DNA from: an uncultured Actinomycetota bacterium
GTDB lineage: Bacteria > Actinomycetota > Actinomycetes > JAFAQI01
DNA length: 64,000 nucleotides
Direction: 5' to 3'
Assembly: GCA_963770565.1 (NCBI GenBank)
Contig: CAVYQE010000006.1
Coordinates: 131,395-195,394 of the forward strand
Below are positions 48,404 to 56,847 of this stretch, in pieces. Made by a program: the position numbers and the translations under genes. The notes below the pieces were generated by a model that did no database searches, had not been told where the DNA came from, and saw nothing but the letters and a program-made list of their open reading frames with translations. Position 1 is the stretch's first letter. The number at the start of each line of letters is the position of its first letter.

Positions 48404-49450
48404 ATGAGTGACGGTATCGCTAGGAAGAAGCAGTTCGTCGGCGTCGACCTGCATCTGCACCGGTCGGTGATCGTGCGGATCGACAACCGCGGTCGCGAGC
48501 TCGAGTGCGTGCGGATCGACAACTCTGTGTCCGGCCTTGTCGCTGAAGTGGCGAAGGCTGGGCAGGGTGCGCCGGTCGCGATCGAGGCGACATATGGCTG
48601 GTACTGGGCGGTCGACGCGTTGCAGGCGAAGGGTTTCGAGGTGCATCTCGCGCACCCGTACGGGATGAAGCAGATGCGGAAGCGGCGCCGGGTGAAGACT
48701 GACCATGCGGATGCGCTGGAGTTGGCGCGGCTGATGCGGCTTGGTTCACTGCCGGAGGCCTACATCGCCCCGGTCGAGCTTCGGGAGCTGCGGGAGCTGG
48801 TCCGCCACCGCCAGCAGCTGACGAAGGTCGCGACCTCAACCAAGGGCGGGATCCGCGCCGGGTTGGCGAAGCACGGGATCCGTCTGCCGGTCAGCAAGCT
48901 GAACACGGTTGCTGGGTCGGATCTGCTCGATGAGCTACGGCTTCCGGGCTACTACGGGCAGCGGCTCGCCGCGCAACGCCGGATGATGATGCTCGTCGAA
49001 GACGAGCTGGCTCGGGTGGAGCGCGAGCTGGACCGTCGGTTGAAGACCGACCCGGACTACCGGCGGCTGCAGAGGATCAAAGGGATCGGTCCGATCCTCG
49101 CGGCGGTGTTCGTCGTCGAGATCGGTGATGTGAGCCGGTTCCGCAACGCGGCCGCGATCACCTGCTGGGCCGGGCTGACTCCACGGGTGCATGAGTCCGA
49201 CCGGCGCCGACACGACGGCTCGATCAGCAAGGAAGGCTGCGCCCTGGTCCGGTGGGCCGCAGTCGAATCGGTGCAACGCCAATGCGAACCAGTCATCCGA
49301 GCCGTCCGGGACGACATCCTCGCCCGCCGCGGGAAGAGAGCGAAGAACACCGCGAAAGTCGCCGCCGCCAGGCGGATGCTCGAGGTCGTCTACTACACGC
49401 TGCGTGACGGTGAGGCCCGTTGCCTGACCAAGCCGGTCGCCGCCGCGTGA
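48404..49450 (+). CDS. IS110 family transposase
   Basis: VGVDLH, IEATYGW, KTDHADA, IKGIGP, AGLTPRVHES. Confidence 0.95.
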   Translation: MSDGIARKKQFVGVDLHLHRSVIVRIDNRGRELECVRIDNSVSGLVAEVAKAGQGAPVAIEATYGWYWAVDALQAKGFEVHLAHPYGMKQMRKRRRVKTDHADALELARLMRLGSLPEAYIAPVELRELRELVRHRQQLTKVATSTKGGIRAGLAKHGIRLPVSKLNTVAGSDLLDELRLPGYYGQRLAAQRRMMMLVEDELARVERELDRRLKTDPDYRRLQRIKGIGPILAAVFVVEIGDVSRFRNAAAITCWAGLTPRVHESDRRRHDGSISKEGCALVRWAAVESVQRQCEPVIRAVRDDILARRGKRAKNTAKVAAARRMLEVVYYTLRDGEARCLTKPVAAA

Positions 49451-49815
49451 ACACCGTCAAGACTTCGTGCGGGTCGAAGTAGCGGCATGACCCACCCTCG
49501 GGTGCGGTCGACGAAGTGAATGACCCCACGACCCTGGAACCCAGGGACGCTCGCACGGCTTCATGCTGACCACCACGTCGCGAAGGGATGCCTGACAGCA
49601 AACTGGCTGTCGCCGAGCTCTGCCATTTCAAACTGAAGCCGAACCTGACAACCACATAGCGACGCCGGCAACACAGTCTGCGTCAACCACGAGACGGCCT
49701 CAACACCGTTCGTCCTCGCGCTCCGCGCTCCGGGCGCTGCGTGTTGACCCCGCCCCGCGATCGACGCCGCCCTTGATCTGCCGACCATCGCCGAAGAACG
49801 CTCAAAACAAACAGT
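49451..49815 (+). ncRNA. Candidate bridge/seekRNA in the IS110 right non-coding end
   Basis: ~380 bp structured non-coding end with AGCGGCAT (49481) and AGGGATGCC (49584), matching target and donor junction. Confidence 0.55.
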
Positions 49816-49870
49816 TGACGGCCCCACTCCGTTCAGGGATGCCGTTCTTCGATGGAGAGCCCTGGCGCTA

Positions 49871-50993
49871 GTGTCGCGCGTCATTAGTTCCTTTACATTG
49901 GGGTGAGTTCGCGTCATGCTGTGGCATGGCGCTGTTGACTGCAGGTGTGCAGATCCCTGAGGCGGACCGGGCGACGCTTCAGAGCTGGTCTCGGTCGACG
50001 TCGATCAAGGCCGGGCTGGTGACTCGGGCCAGGATCGTCCTTGCTGCCGGTGACGGCTTGGGCACGACCTCGATCGCTTCGAAGCTTGGGGTGTCCAGGC
50101 CGACGGTGATCCAGTGGCGTGAGCGGTATGCCGCCGAAGGCTTGGCCGGGCTGCAGGACGATCCGCGGTCGGGTCGGCCGAAGACGGTCGACGACGCGGC
50201 GATCCTGGCGATGACGCTCGACCCGCCGCCGGAGCGCCTTGGGGTGACGCACTGGTCCACCCGCCTGCTGGCGGCGGAGCTGAAGGTCGGCGATGCGACC
50301 GTGGCGCGGACGTGGCGCAAGTACTGCGTGCAGCCGTGGCGGCGCGGGACGTTCAAGTTCAGCACCGACCCTGAGTTGGTGGCGAAGGTCCACGACGTCG
50401 TCGGCCTCTACCTGAACCCGCCGGAGAAGGCAGTCGTGCTCTGCGTCGATGAGAAGAGCCAGATCCAGGCACTCGATCGGACCGCCCCGATCCTGCCGAT
50501 GCGCCCAGGGCTGCCGGAGAAGGCCACCCACGACTACAAGCGCAACGGCACCGCGACCTTGTTCGCCGCTCTAGAAGTCGCGACCGGCAAGGTCACCGAC
50601 GCCGTCTATGAACGGCACGGAAAAGCCGAGTTCCTCGCGTTCATGAAGCAGGTCGCGAAGGCCTACCCGCGACGTGAGCTCCACGTCGTGCTGGACAACT
50701 ACCACACCCACAAGCACACCGAAGTCCAAGCCTGGCTAGCGAAGAACCCTCGCGTCACCTTGCACTTCACACCCACATCGGGGTCGTGGATGAACATGGT
50801 CGAGATCTTTTTCGGGATCATCACCCGCCAAGCGATCCGGCGCGGCAGCTTCGCCAACGTCAAAGAACTCATGGTCGCGATCAGCCGCTTCATCGACGGC
50901 TGGAACAACCGCTGCCACCCATTCACCTGGACAAAAACGGCGGACGAGATCCTGCCTCACGCCACCCGTCAAGCAACTTCAGACGCGCGACAC
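49871..50993 (+). mobile_element. IS630-family element
   Basis: IRs CTAGTGTCGCGCGTC / GACGCGCGACACTAG with TA duplication in CTAG. Confidence 0.92.
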
Positions 50994-50996
50994 TAG
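49926..50996 (+). CDS. IS630 family transposase
   Basis: RSGRP, THWS, VDEKSQIQALDR, LDNYHTH, SWMNMVE. Confidence 0.95.
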   Translation: MALLTAGVQIPEADRATLQSWSRSTSIKAGLVTRARIVLAAGDGLGTTSIASKLGVSRPTVIQWRERYAAEGLAGLQDDPRSGRPKTVDDAAILAMTLDPPPERLGVTHWSTRLLAAELKVGDATVARTWRKYCVQPWRRGTFKFSTDPELVAKVHDVVGLYLNPPEKAVVLCVDEKSQIQALDRTAPILPMRPGLPEKATHDYKRNGTATLFAALEVATGKVTDAVYERHGKAEFLAFMKQVAKAYPRRELHVVLDNYHTHKHTEVQAWLAKNPRVTLHFTPTSGSWMNMVEIFFGIITRQAIRRGSFANVKELMVAISRFIDGWNNRCHPFTWTKTADEILPHATRQATSDARH

Positions 50997-51034
50997 TTGG
51001 CACATGCTGACTGTCGGTCGGGCAGAATCTACGT

Positions 51035-51520
51035 ATGGCCCTCGCCAAAGTGGCTGCAACGCTGAGGGTGGCTGGGGCGATGTCACTTCTGGTCGTGCTA
51101 GCGATAGCAGCGATCGTGGTTGGTGTGGTCTTCCTTGTCCGCGGACCGTTGCGGCACGCGAGCGACGTCGTGCCGTGCCTTGGCTGTGAAAGCCAGGCTC
51201 TCGTCGTGCAATCAAGCGCCAATAGCTGGGGTTCGCTCGCTGTCGTCCACTACGGCGCGGCGCTGCAAGGGCACTTGCGGTGCGTGATCCCTGCCAGGGA
51301 CGCGAACCCGAATGGCCGGTTCTACCCGGTCACTTGTCACGGGGTCACTCGAGCAGGCGTGCTCGTTGAACTCGACGGAACGCACGCTGGCATCGAGGGA
51401 AACGACTACGAGTATCTGTCCGGCCAGTGGACACTCGCTGTGGGATTTGTCAGCCATCAGCTGTCGTGCCTGCCCTCGAACTGGCACCATTCTCACAACT
51501 GCGAGCAGACACCCGGGTAG
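51035..51520 (+). CDS. Hypothetical membrane-anchored Cys-containing protein
   Basis: N-terminal TM; leaderless-type CAGAAT 6 nt upstream of ATG. Confidence 0.6.
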   Translation: MALAKVAATLRVAGAMSLLVVLAIAAIVVGVVFLVRGPLRHASDVVPCLGCESQALVVQSSANSWGSLAVVHYGAALQGHLRCVIPARDANPNGRFYPVTCHGVTRAGVLVELDGTHAGIEGNDYEYLSGQWTLAVGFVSHQLSCLPSNWHHSHNCEQTPG

Positions 51521-51632
51521 CCTCCTGACACAGCCCAGGCGGATCTAGCCGACCGGCAGACACCTCGTTTGTCAACGGGCAGAGGTGCCGCTCGCGAGCA
51601 GATTCTGACTGACGCAGGCGGGTGAGGCCAAG

Positions 51633-52421
51633 ATGCGACATGCTCTGGGAGTGAACGACGGACCGAGCGACCCTGAAGATGATGAGGTCGACCGTGTGGA
51701 GCGGTTCGTTTCCGAGGTCGTGGCCTGGGAGCTAGCGCTTGGCATGGGGATGGGCCGTGAACTTCGGGACATGCCTTCGTTGATCGCCGACGAGTTGATG
51801 CGATCGCGCGGCCTTGACATTCGGGGCACGGCCAGCCTGGAGGATTCTCCTGCTGAGGACGCGCTTCCCTGGCCCTGGCCTGTGGTGCGAAGGGTTACTC
51901 ATAACGAGGTGACCGACACTGCTCACGTCGAGCTGGGCAATTTCAACCATTCAGCGATGATGCCGTCCATCCCGCACCAGGTTCTCGAGTTTCGGACCCC
52001 GGACGCTGGCCGGATCCTAGTTCGCCTCGAAGACGGTGACCGGATCGGAAGGATCGAGATCTGGCCGGCGAGCAGGCTGCTGCCCCGCGACGTGTGGAGC
52101 GAGTTCACCGAAGAACTCGACACGGATGGAGAACCGGAAGGCGTGGTGGTACCGGACTCCGCCTTATTGGACCGCCCCCAGGTCCAGATCGATGTTCACG
52201 TCACCTTGCCAGACCGTGACGACCGGGTGGTCGAGCTCCGCGCTACCCACGACGAGGGCACCGACATACCCGCCAAGATCTACCGCGATGGTGACAGGCT
52301 GATGATCTCGATTCTCGGACAACCCGGCGGGACTCCGAGACAGTACACAGTCAATCAATTCCTCAGGGCGATCGTGCAGGCAACTGGCGTACTCACCGAA
52401 GCCCCAACGCCCAGCGCATAG
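51633..52421 (+). CDS. Hypothetical acidic protein
   Basis: ORF lies between two repeat sites; its TAG is inside the downstream site. Confidence 0.6.
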   Translation: MRHALGVNDGPSDPEDDEVDRVERFVSEVVAWELALGMGMGRELRDMPSLIADELMRSRGLDIRGTASLEDSPAEDALPWPWPVVRRVTHNEVTDTAHVELGNFNHSAMMPSIPHQVLEFRTPDAGRILVRLEDGDRIGRIEIWPASRLLPRDVWSEFTEELDTDGEPEGVVVPDSALLDRPQVQIDVHVTLPDRDDRVVELRATHDEGTDIPAKIYRDGDRLMISILGQPGGTPRQYTVNQFLRAIVQATGVLTEAPTPSA

Positions 52422-52483
52422 GTGCCGCTCCAGGCCAGTAAACCCGGCGTTCTTCAGGGCTGACTGATGGGATGATCGTTGGC

Positions 52484-52753
52484 GTGGCCGCCGAACTCCA
52501 CCGCTACTGGATAACCCTTGCTGACTCTGGCCGCGCCTCACCTTTGGGCTACGGCATAACTGCCTACGACGAGGCGGACGCACGGTCGATCTTGAGTTTC
52601 GTGGCCTTCGACGGCGAGGCGCCCGAGATCTCGGAAGTCAAAGTCGATGTGGACGTGCGGGATCTTGACCAAGGTCACGTCATCCCGAACATGAACCCGC
52701 CCAACTGGCGCGGCATCTGGTACCCGAAGGGCCTTGACCGCCACCGGCCTTAG
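52484..52753 (+). CDS. Small hypothetical protein
   Basis: LGYGITAYD...DVDVRDLDQGHVIPNM...RGIWYP; GATGAT 7 nt upstream of GTG. Confidence 0.75.
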   Translation: MAAELHRYWITLADSGRASPLGYGITAYDEADARSILSFVAFDGEAPEISEVKVDVDVRDLDQGHVIPNMNPPNWRGIWYPKGLDRHRP

Positions 52754-52798
52754 CCGCGCAGAGGTGCCGTTTACCTATGCCGACCGTCCGCCTGTCAA

Positions 52799-53262
52799 GG
52801 GTTTGTGTTCTTTTCGTTCTTGTTCTTCGGCGTCGTTCTCGCAGGCGCGTTCCTTCTGGCGGGCGGAAACGGGGTCAAGGTGGAGCGCCCTACTGGACGA
52901 ACGACCTTGACGCCGGCGCCGCCCACCAGATTCTTGTGCGCTGAGAAGAACGCCAGGTGTTTGTTCGTTAGCGCATGGCGTGTCCTCACCGGTCGTGGGT
53001 CTGATTGTGTCGACGGTTGACGGTGAGAGCGCCGCGGGCGCCCAGGCTTACCTTGGCGCGCGGGCGCGTGCTGCGCCCGGTCACAAGAGGAGTGATGGGG
53101 TGCCCCGCGACGGGCATGAGGGTGCGGCCGTTCAATCTAGTACGGGTCGTCCAGCCGGGGCTGGCGAACAACGGCATATTGGGAGCTGGTCGCACCGGTC
53201 CCTAAGGTCCTCGGTGGTGGGCTGGTAGGCGGACACGGTCACCGTCCCTCGTCGTTGGTTTG
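52799..53262 (-). ncRNA. Candidate bridge/seekRNA in the IS110 element 2 non-coding end
   Basis: ~490 bp non-coding end downstream of tnp; minus strand contains ATGCCGTT (53170-53177), resembling the target. Confidence 0.45.
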
Positions 53263-54294
53263 CTAGGTGGGAATCTCGATCCAGGCCTGGTCGCCGAGCG
53301 CACGTAGCCGGTGGTGACAGCGGCGTGCGAGTTTACGGGCGACCGACAGCCGCGCTCGACCGCCACCGATGCGATGAGCCAATCGCAGGTAGTAGCCGTT
53401 GTCCGGGCTGGTCTTCTTGTGGGCATGCAGCGCGCCCTCATAAAGCGCCCAGCGCAGCACTGGTGGTCCTTGGCGGGTGAGCCTCGGGCGGCCACGGTTC
53501 TTGCCGTCGGAGTCATAGACGGAGATGTCCAGTCCGGCGTGACGCACCGCTTGTCTAGACGCGGAGAACCGGCGGGTGTCGCCGAGTTCTTCCCAGACCA
53601 TCGTGGCGAGCAGCGCACCCAACCCGTACTCATGAGACAGCTCCCGCGGTCCGGGATGACGGCGACCAAACGCGGTGAGCTCCGCGCGCAGCGGCACCAG
53701 ATCGGCGTCGATCGCCGCGATCATCCGCACCGCCACGTCAACAGCCTGCGCGCCGGCCGGGGACAGGTCCGGATCGTCAAGCCCGATCTGCACCCGGTCT
53801 CCTCGCAACAGCTTGCCGTCAGGCTTGGGCACGCCCTGATGAAAGAAAGTGGCGTGGATCCGTTTCTGCCATGCCTGCTTGCCCTGGACCAAATCCAGAT
53901 ACAGCCGGACCTTCTCCCGGATCTCCAGGACCTGCCGCGGCGGGATCCACGAGTCGTGGATCTCACCCTTCTCCAGTTGCTCCCGAAGCTTGCGTGCATC
54001 GATCCGGTCGGTCTTCGCCCGCTGCTTACGGCTTCGTGCACCGGCCGCCTCGGCCGGATCAGCGACATGCACCTCGGCGCCAGCGGCGAGACATTCCTCC
54101 GCGATGAACCGCCAACCGGTGCAACCCTCCACCACCAGCTCGACCTTCTTCTCATCGAACTGAGCGAGCCACTTACGGAAACCGACCCGGTCCGCCGGGC
54201 TGATCCGACCCCGCCCAGACTCCCCGTTATCGCAGTCCACCCAATCGAAGGTGATCTGTTGCCGATGAATGTCCAACGCTCCTACGATCGCCAT
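53263..54294 (-). CDS. IS110 family transposase
   Basis: GALDIH, VEGCTGW, KTDRIDA, AGLDISVYDS; GGAGG RBS. Confidence 0.93.
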   Translation of the reverse strand: MAIVGALDIHRQQITFDWVDCDNGESGRGRISPADRVGFRKWLAQFDEKKVELVVEGCTGWRFIAEECLAAGAEVHVADPAEAAGARSRKQRAKTDRIDARKLREQLEKGEIHDSWIPPRQVLEIREKVRLYLDLVQGKQAWQKRIHATFFHQGVPKPDGKLLRGDRVQIGLDDPDLSPAGAQAVDVAVRMIAAIDADLVPLRAELTAFGRRHPGPRELSHEYGLGALLATMVWEELGDTRRFSASRQAVRHAGLDISVYDSDGKNRGRPRLTRQGPPVLRWALYEGALHAHKKTSPDNGYYLRLAHRIGGGRARLSVARKLARRCHHRLRALGDQAWIEIPT

Positions 54295-54423
54295 ACCCGG
54301 ACCTCCTCCAGCTCCTGTTCGAGAACTGCACCTAGCGCAGATCCTTCTCTGTGCGGAGGGGGTCCGGCATATGTCCGTTACTTCACATGGTTGACCCTGC
54401 AAACAATGCGTGAGTAGCGGCAC

Positions 54424-54744
54424 CTATTCGACGCCCTGCCAGGTGATCAGAACGGCGTTGCCGCTTCGGTCGGGTCGACGTAGCGCGGCGAGTGCAGCCG
54501 TGCGCGCCTCCTCCACGTCGTTGTTACCCGACGGTCGGTAGTCGCTCCATGCAGTCTCAAAGAAGTTGCCCTGGTCGTCGTATTCGCGCAGGTCGAGTCC
54601 CAGAACCACCAGACCCGTGTCGGCCAGCGCGTTGATCGCACGTTCGGCATTCTGCGCGTGCCACCAGACTTCGCCGTTGGCGTCCACGTTCGCGGCGGCG
54701 GCAACCTCGTGTGGAAGAGAAGCCAGATCGTCGACGGTGGACAC
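54424..54744 (-). CDS. Small hypothetical protein, Imm40-like by eye
   Basis: GEVWW...AINAL...VVLGLD pattern; TAGCGT 6 nt upstream of GTG. Confidence 0.6.
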   Translation of the reverse strand: MSTVDDLASLPHEVAAAANVDANGEVWWHAQNAERAINALADTGLVVLGLDLREYDDQGNFFETAWSDYRPSGNNDVEEARTAALAALRRPDRSGNAVLITWQGVE

Positions 54745-54785
54745 GAGTGCACGCTAACGCCGGGTCTCGCGTGCGCGAACGGCAC

Positions 54786-55004
54786 CTATTCGCTCGACGC
54801 ATCCTCGACCGCGACCACGTCCTCGGCGTCAAACGGGAGTTTCTCGAAGCCCGCAACCCGAATGATCTCGTGGCCCCACGCAACGGTCACATTGTCGAAC
54901 GTGCGGCCATCTGTGAGCGTGACCCTGATCGTCTGCGCTCCCATGTGAGTTTCTGGAAAACAACTCACCGCTTCGCCCAGATCCTGCGGCAGTCGATTGG
55001 TCAC
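54786..55004 (-). CDS. Small hypothetical protein (72 aa)
   Basis: PETHMGAQTIRVTLTDGR; TAG inside a repeat site; AATAGT 6 nt upstream of GTG. Confidence 0.65.
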   Translation of the reverse strand: MTNRLPQDLGEAVSCFPETHMGAQTIRVTLTDGRTFDNVTVAWGHEIIRVAGFEKLPFDAEDVVAVEDASSE

Positions 55005-55101
55005 GCCGTCACTATTGCGGATCTTGGCTTGTTGAGCCAATGCACGGTAGCGCCGGCTCGGCACGGATCGTTCGGGGCCGCTCCTGCGAACAGAGTGGAT
55101 C

Positions 55102-56847
55102 TTATTGTCCGTTGCCGTCCGTCCTGATCCACGCCGTTGGCAGTTCCCCATGAACGAGAAGCCCGTCGCCAACACGTAGGCGTCGTAGTAGGTCGGCCGG
55201 CGCGTACGGCACTGAGGTCGCGACCCGCTGCGCTTCCTGCCCGCCACCCGGATCAAGCAGCTGAGGACGCGTTAGGTCAGCACGGACGTGTTCGTTGCCA
55301 ACGAGAACGCTCAAGTAGTCGGTGGTCGTCGTGTCGGTCAGCCCACTGGGATAGAACAGCTTGCTTCGGTGGTTGGTCAGGACGCTGTCGGCATCACGGC
55401 CGTAGGCGGTGTCGAGCTGTGCCCGTGATTGCCACACGGTAACGAGTTGGATACCGGCCCCGCTGACGGTGGCTGCCCACTGCGGGAGCTTTGGTAGTGG
55501 CGTGTTGGCCGCTTCGTCGCAGACGACGAGCAGACGTGGGTCGAGCGGCGTGCCGCGACGGTTGTACGCCGAGAACGCGTCGCTGATCAGGTCGTGCAGG
55601 ACCGCAGCGAACACCAGGCCGATGCGGCTGTCGTCGCCGAGGGGCGCGACGAGGTAGAGCGTGTTGGTGCCGGCGAGCAGCCAGTCGAGGGTGAGCTGAC
55701 AGTCTTCCGCACTGTCGGCGATCACCGGATCAGCCCAGGGCCAGACGGCGTTGCGGGCGGTGGCGTAGACACTGCTGGTGGTGCGCGGGTCGCTGCTCCA
55801 CTGGCCATGCAACCAGCCTTGGACTTGGGTGGCGGCGAACGCGACCTGCGGATCATCGTGGTCGGTGAGCAGCCGGACCAATGGTGCAAGGGTGCCGCCG
55901 CTGCCGTCGCCGGGCCGGTCCAGGTCGAGTACCCACCGGACGACGTGACGCATCGTGTGGCCGTCGGTGTTGGCTGCGGTGTAGAGCATGCCGGCGAGGA
56001 GCTGTTCGGCTTGGCCCCGCCAGAACCGGTCACCGGCCGTGCTGTCGTCGGCTCCGGTGCGGGCGAGGATCGCGGCCGCGTTGACGGCACCGGACAGCGT
56101 GCGGGCGGCGCGTAGCGGGCTCCACGTGCTGGACGGGTAGCCAGTGACGCCGAGCGGGTCGAACACACGGACCTCGCCGATGCGCTGGCGGGCGTCAATG
56201 GTGGCGCGAAGCAGGTCGGCTTTGACGCTGGAGACGATCGCCGGGCCGGTCCAGGCGCTGACGCCAGTGATCAGGCCGGTGGTCTTGCCGGACTGGCTAG
56301 GTCCGAACACGGCGACGGCTCCGGCGACACCGCGTCGGCCGCGGTGGCTGGACGCTTCCGTGGACAGGTAGCCACGGCCGTGACGGGCGAGCACGAACCG
56401 GTTCGGTTCCGGGCGCCGGGCGTAGAGCGGGGTGAGGTCGCGGCGGGTGGCGAGCCGCGGTTGGGTCGGTACCCCGAGGCGGCGCCGCTTGTCGATCGGG
56501 ACCTGCCGGTTGCGACTCACCAACGACAGCACGGCGAACCCGGCAACGGTGAGTGCTGCGAGGACGAGCGCGGTGGCGATCCAGTACAGGACGGGCCCGG
56601 GCAGGTTTCCGCGTACCCGCACCGGCCAAGCGACAGCAGGGTCGCCGAAGTGGTGAACCAGCCTGGGCAGGGAGCGGACCGCGTCGACCGGGCTGGCGTG
56701 CAGCAGCCTCGCGCGGCCGAGCAGCGCGGCGAGGGTGCCGATCAGCCATTGCACGAGGCCGATCGCGAGGACCGCACCGAGGAGAAGCGCGATGGTTAGA
56801 TCGATCCCATCGGCGCCCCTGGACCGGTTGGCCGTGGAGCGGGTCAT
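55102..56847 (-). CDS. TraG/VirD4-family type IV coupling protein
   Basis: 2 TM, GPSQSGKT, SSVKAD, VFDP, WSPL, DEAAN, WQSRAQL. Confidence 0.9.
   Translation of the reverse strand: MTRSTANRSRGADGIDLTIALLLGAVLAIGLVQWLIGTLAALLGRARLLHASPVDAVRSLPRLVHHFGDPAVAWPVRVRGNLPGPVLYWIATALVLAALTVAGFAVLSLVSRNRQVPIDKRRRLGVPTQPRLATRRDLTPLYARRPEPNRFVLARHGRGYLSTEASSHRGRRGVAGAVAVFGPSQSGKTTGLITGVSAWTGPAIVSSVKADLLRATIDARQRIGEVRVFDPLGVTGYPSSTWSPLRAARTLSGAVNAAAILARTGADDSTAGDRFWRGQAEQLLAGMLYTAANTDGHTMRHVVRWVLDLDRPGDGSGGTLAPLVRLLTDHDDPQVAFAATQVQGWLHGQWSSDPRTTSSVYATARNAVWPWADPVIADSAEDCQLTLDWLLAGTNTLYLVAPLGDDSRIGLVFAAVLHDLISDAFSAYNRRGTPLDPRLLVVCDEAANTPLPKLPQWAATVSGAGIQLVTVWQSRAQLDTAYGRDADSVLTNHRSKLFYPSGLTDTTTTDYLSVLVGNEHVRADLTRPQLLDPGGGQEAQRVATSVPYAPADLLRRLRVGDGLLVHGELPTAWIRTDGNGQ

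Larger units (their letters stand above)
48314..49843 (+). mobile_element. IS110-family (IS1111-type) element 1
   Basis: Subterminal IRs AACGGAGCGGGGCC (48322) / GGCCCCACTCCGTT (49820); GATGCC at both junctions; outward TTGACG at 49815. Confidence 0.85.
52772..54379 (-). mobile_element. IS110-family (IS1111-type) element 2
   Basis: CCGTT at both junctions (52767, 54375); imperfect subterminal IRs TATGCCG..TCCGC (52776) / GCGGA..CGGCATA (54353); outward TTGACA at 52793-52798. Confidence 0.8.
42421..54796. repeat. Family of oriented gene-terminal sites A(A/G)GTGCCG(C/T)T (putative recombination sites, ~10 copies)
   Basis: + copies at 45654, 46053, 48266, 51583, 52420, 52762; - copies at 42430, 43142, 54416, 54778; the 43142, 45654 and 48266 copies are imperfect. 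Confidence 0.7.

Noticed and set aside
42421-55016. Classical integron/CALIN
   Set aside because: No IntI-like gene, and no RYYYAAC...GTTRRRY attC boxes were seen; the sites have a different core and genes lie on both strands.
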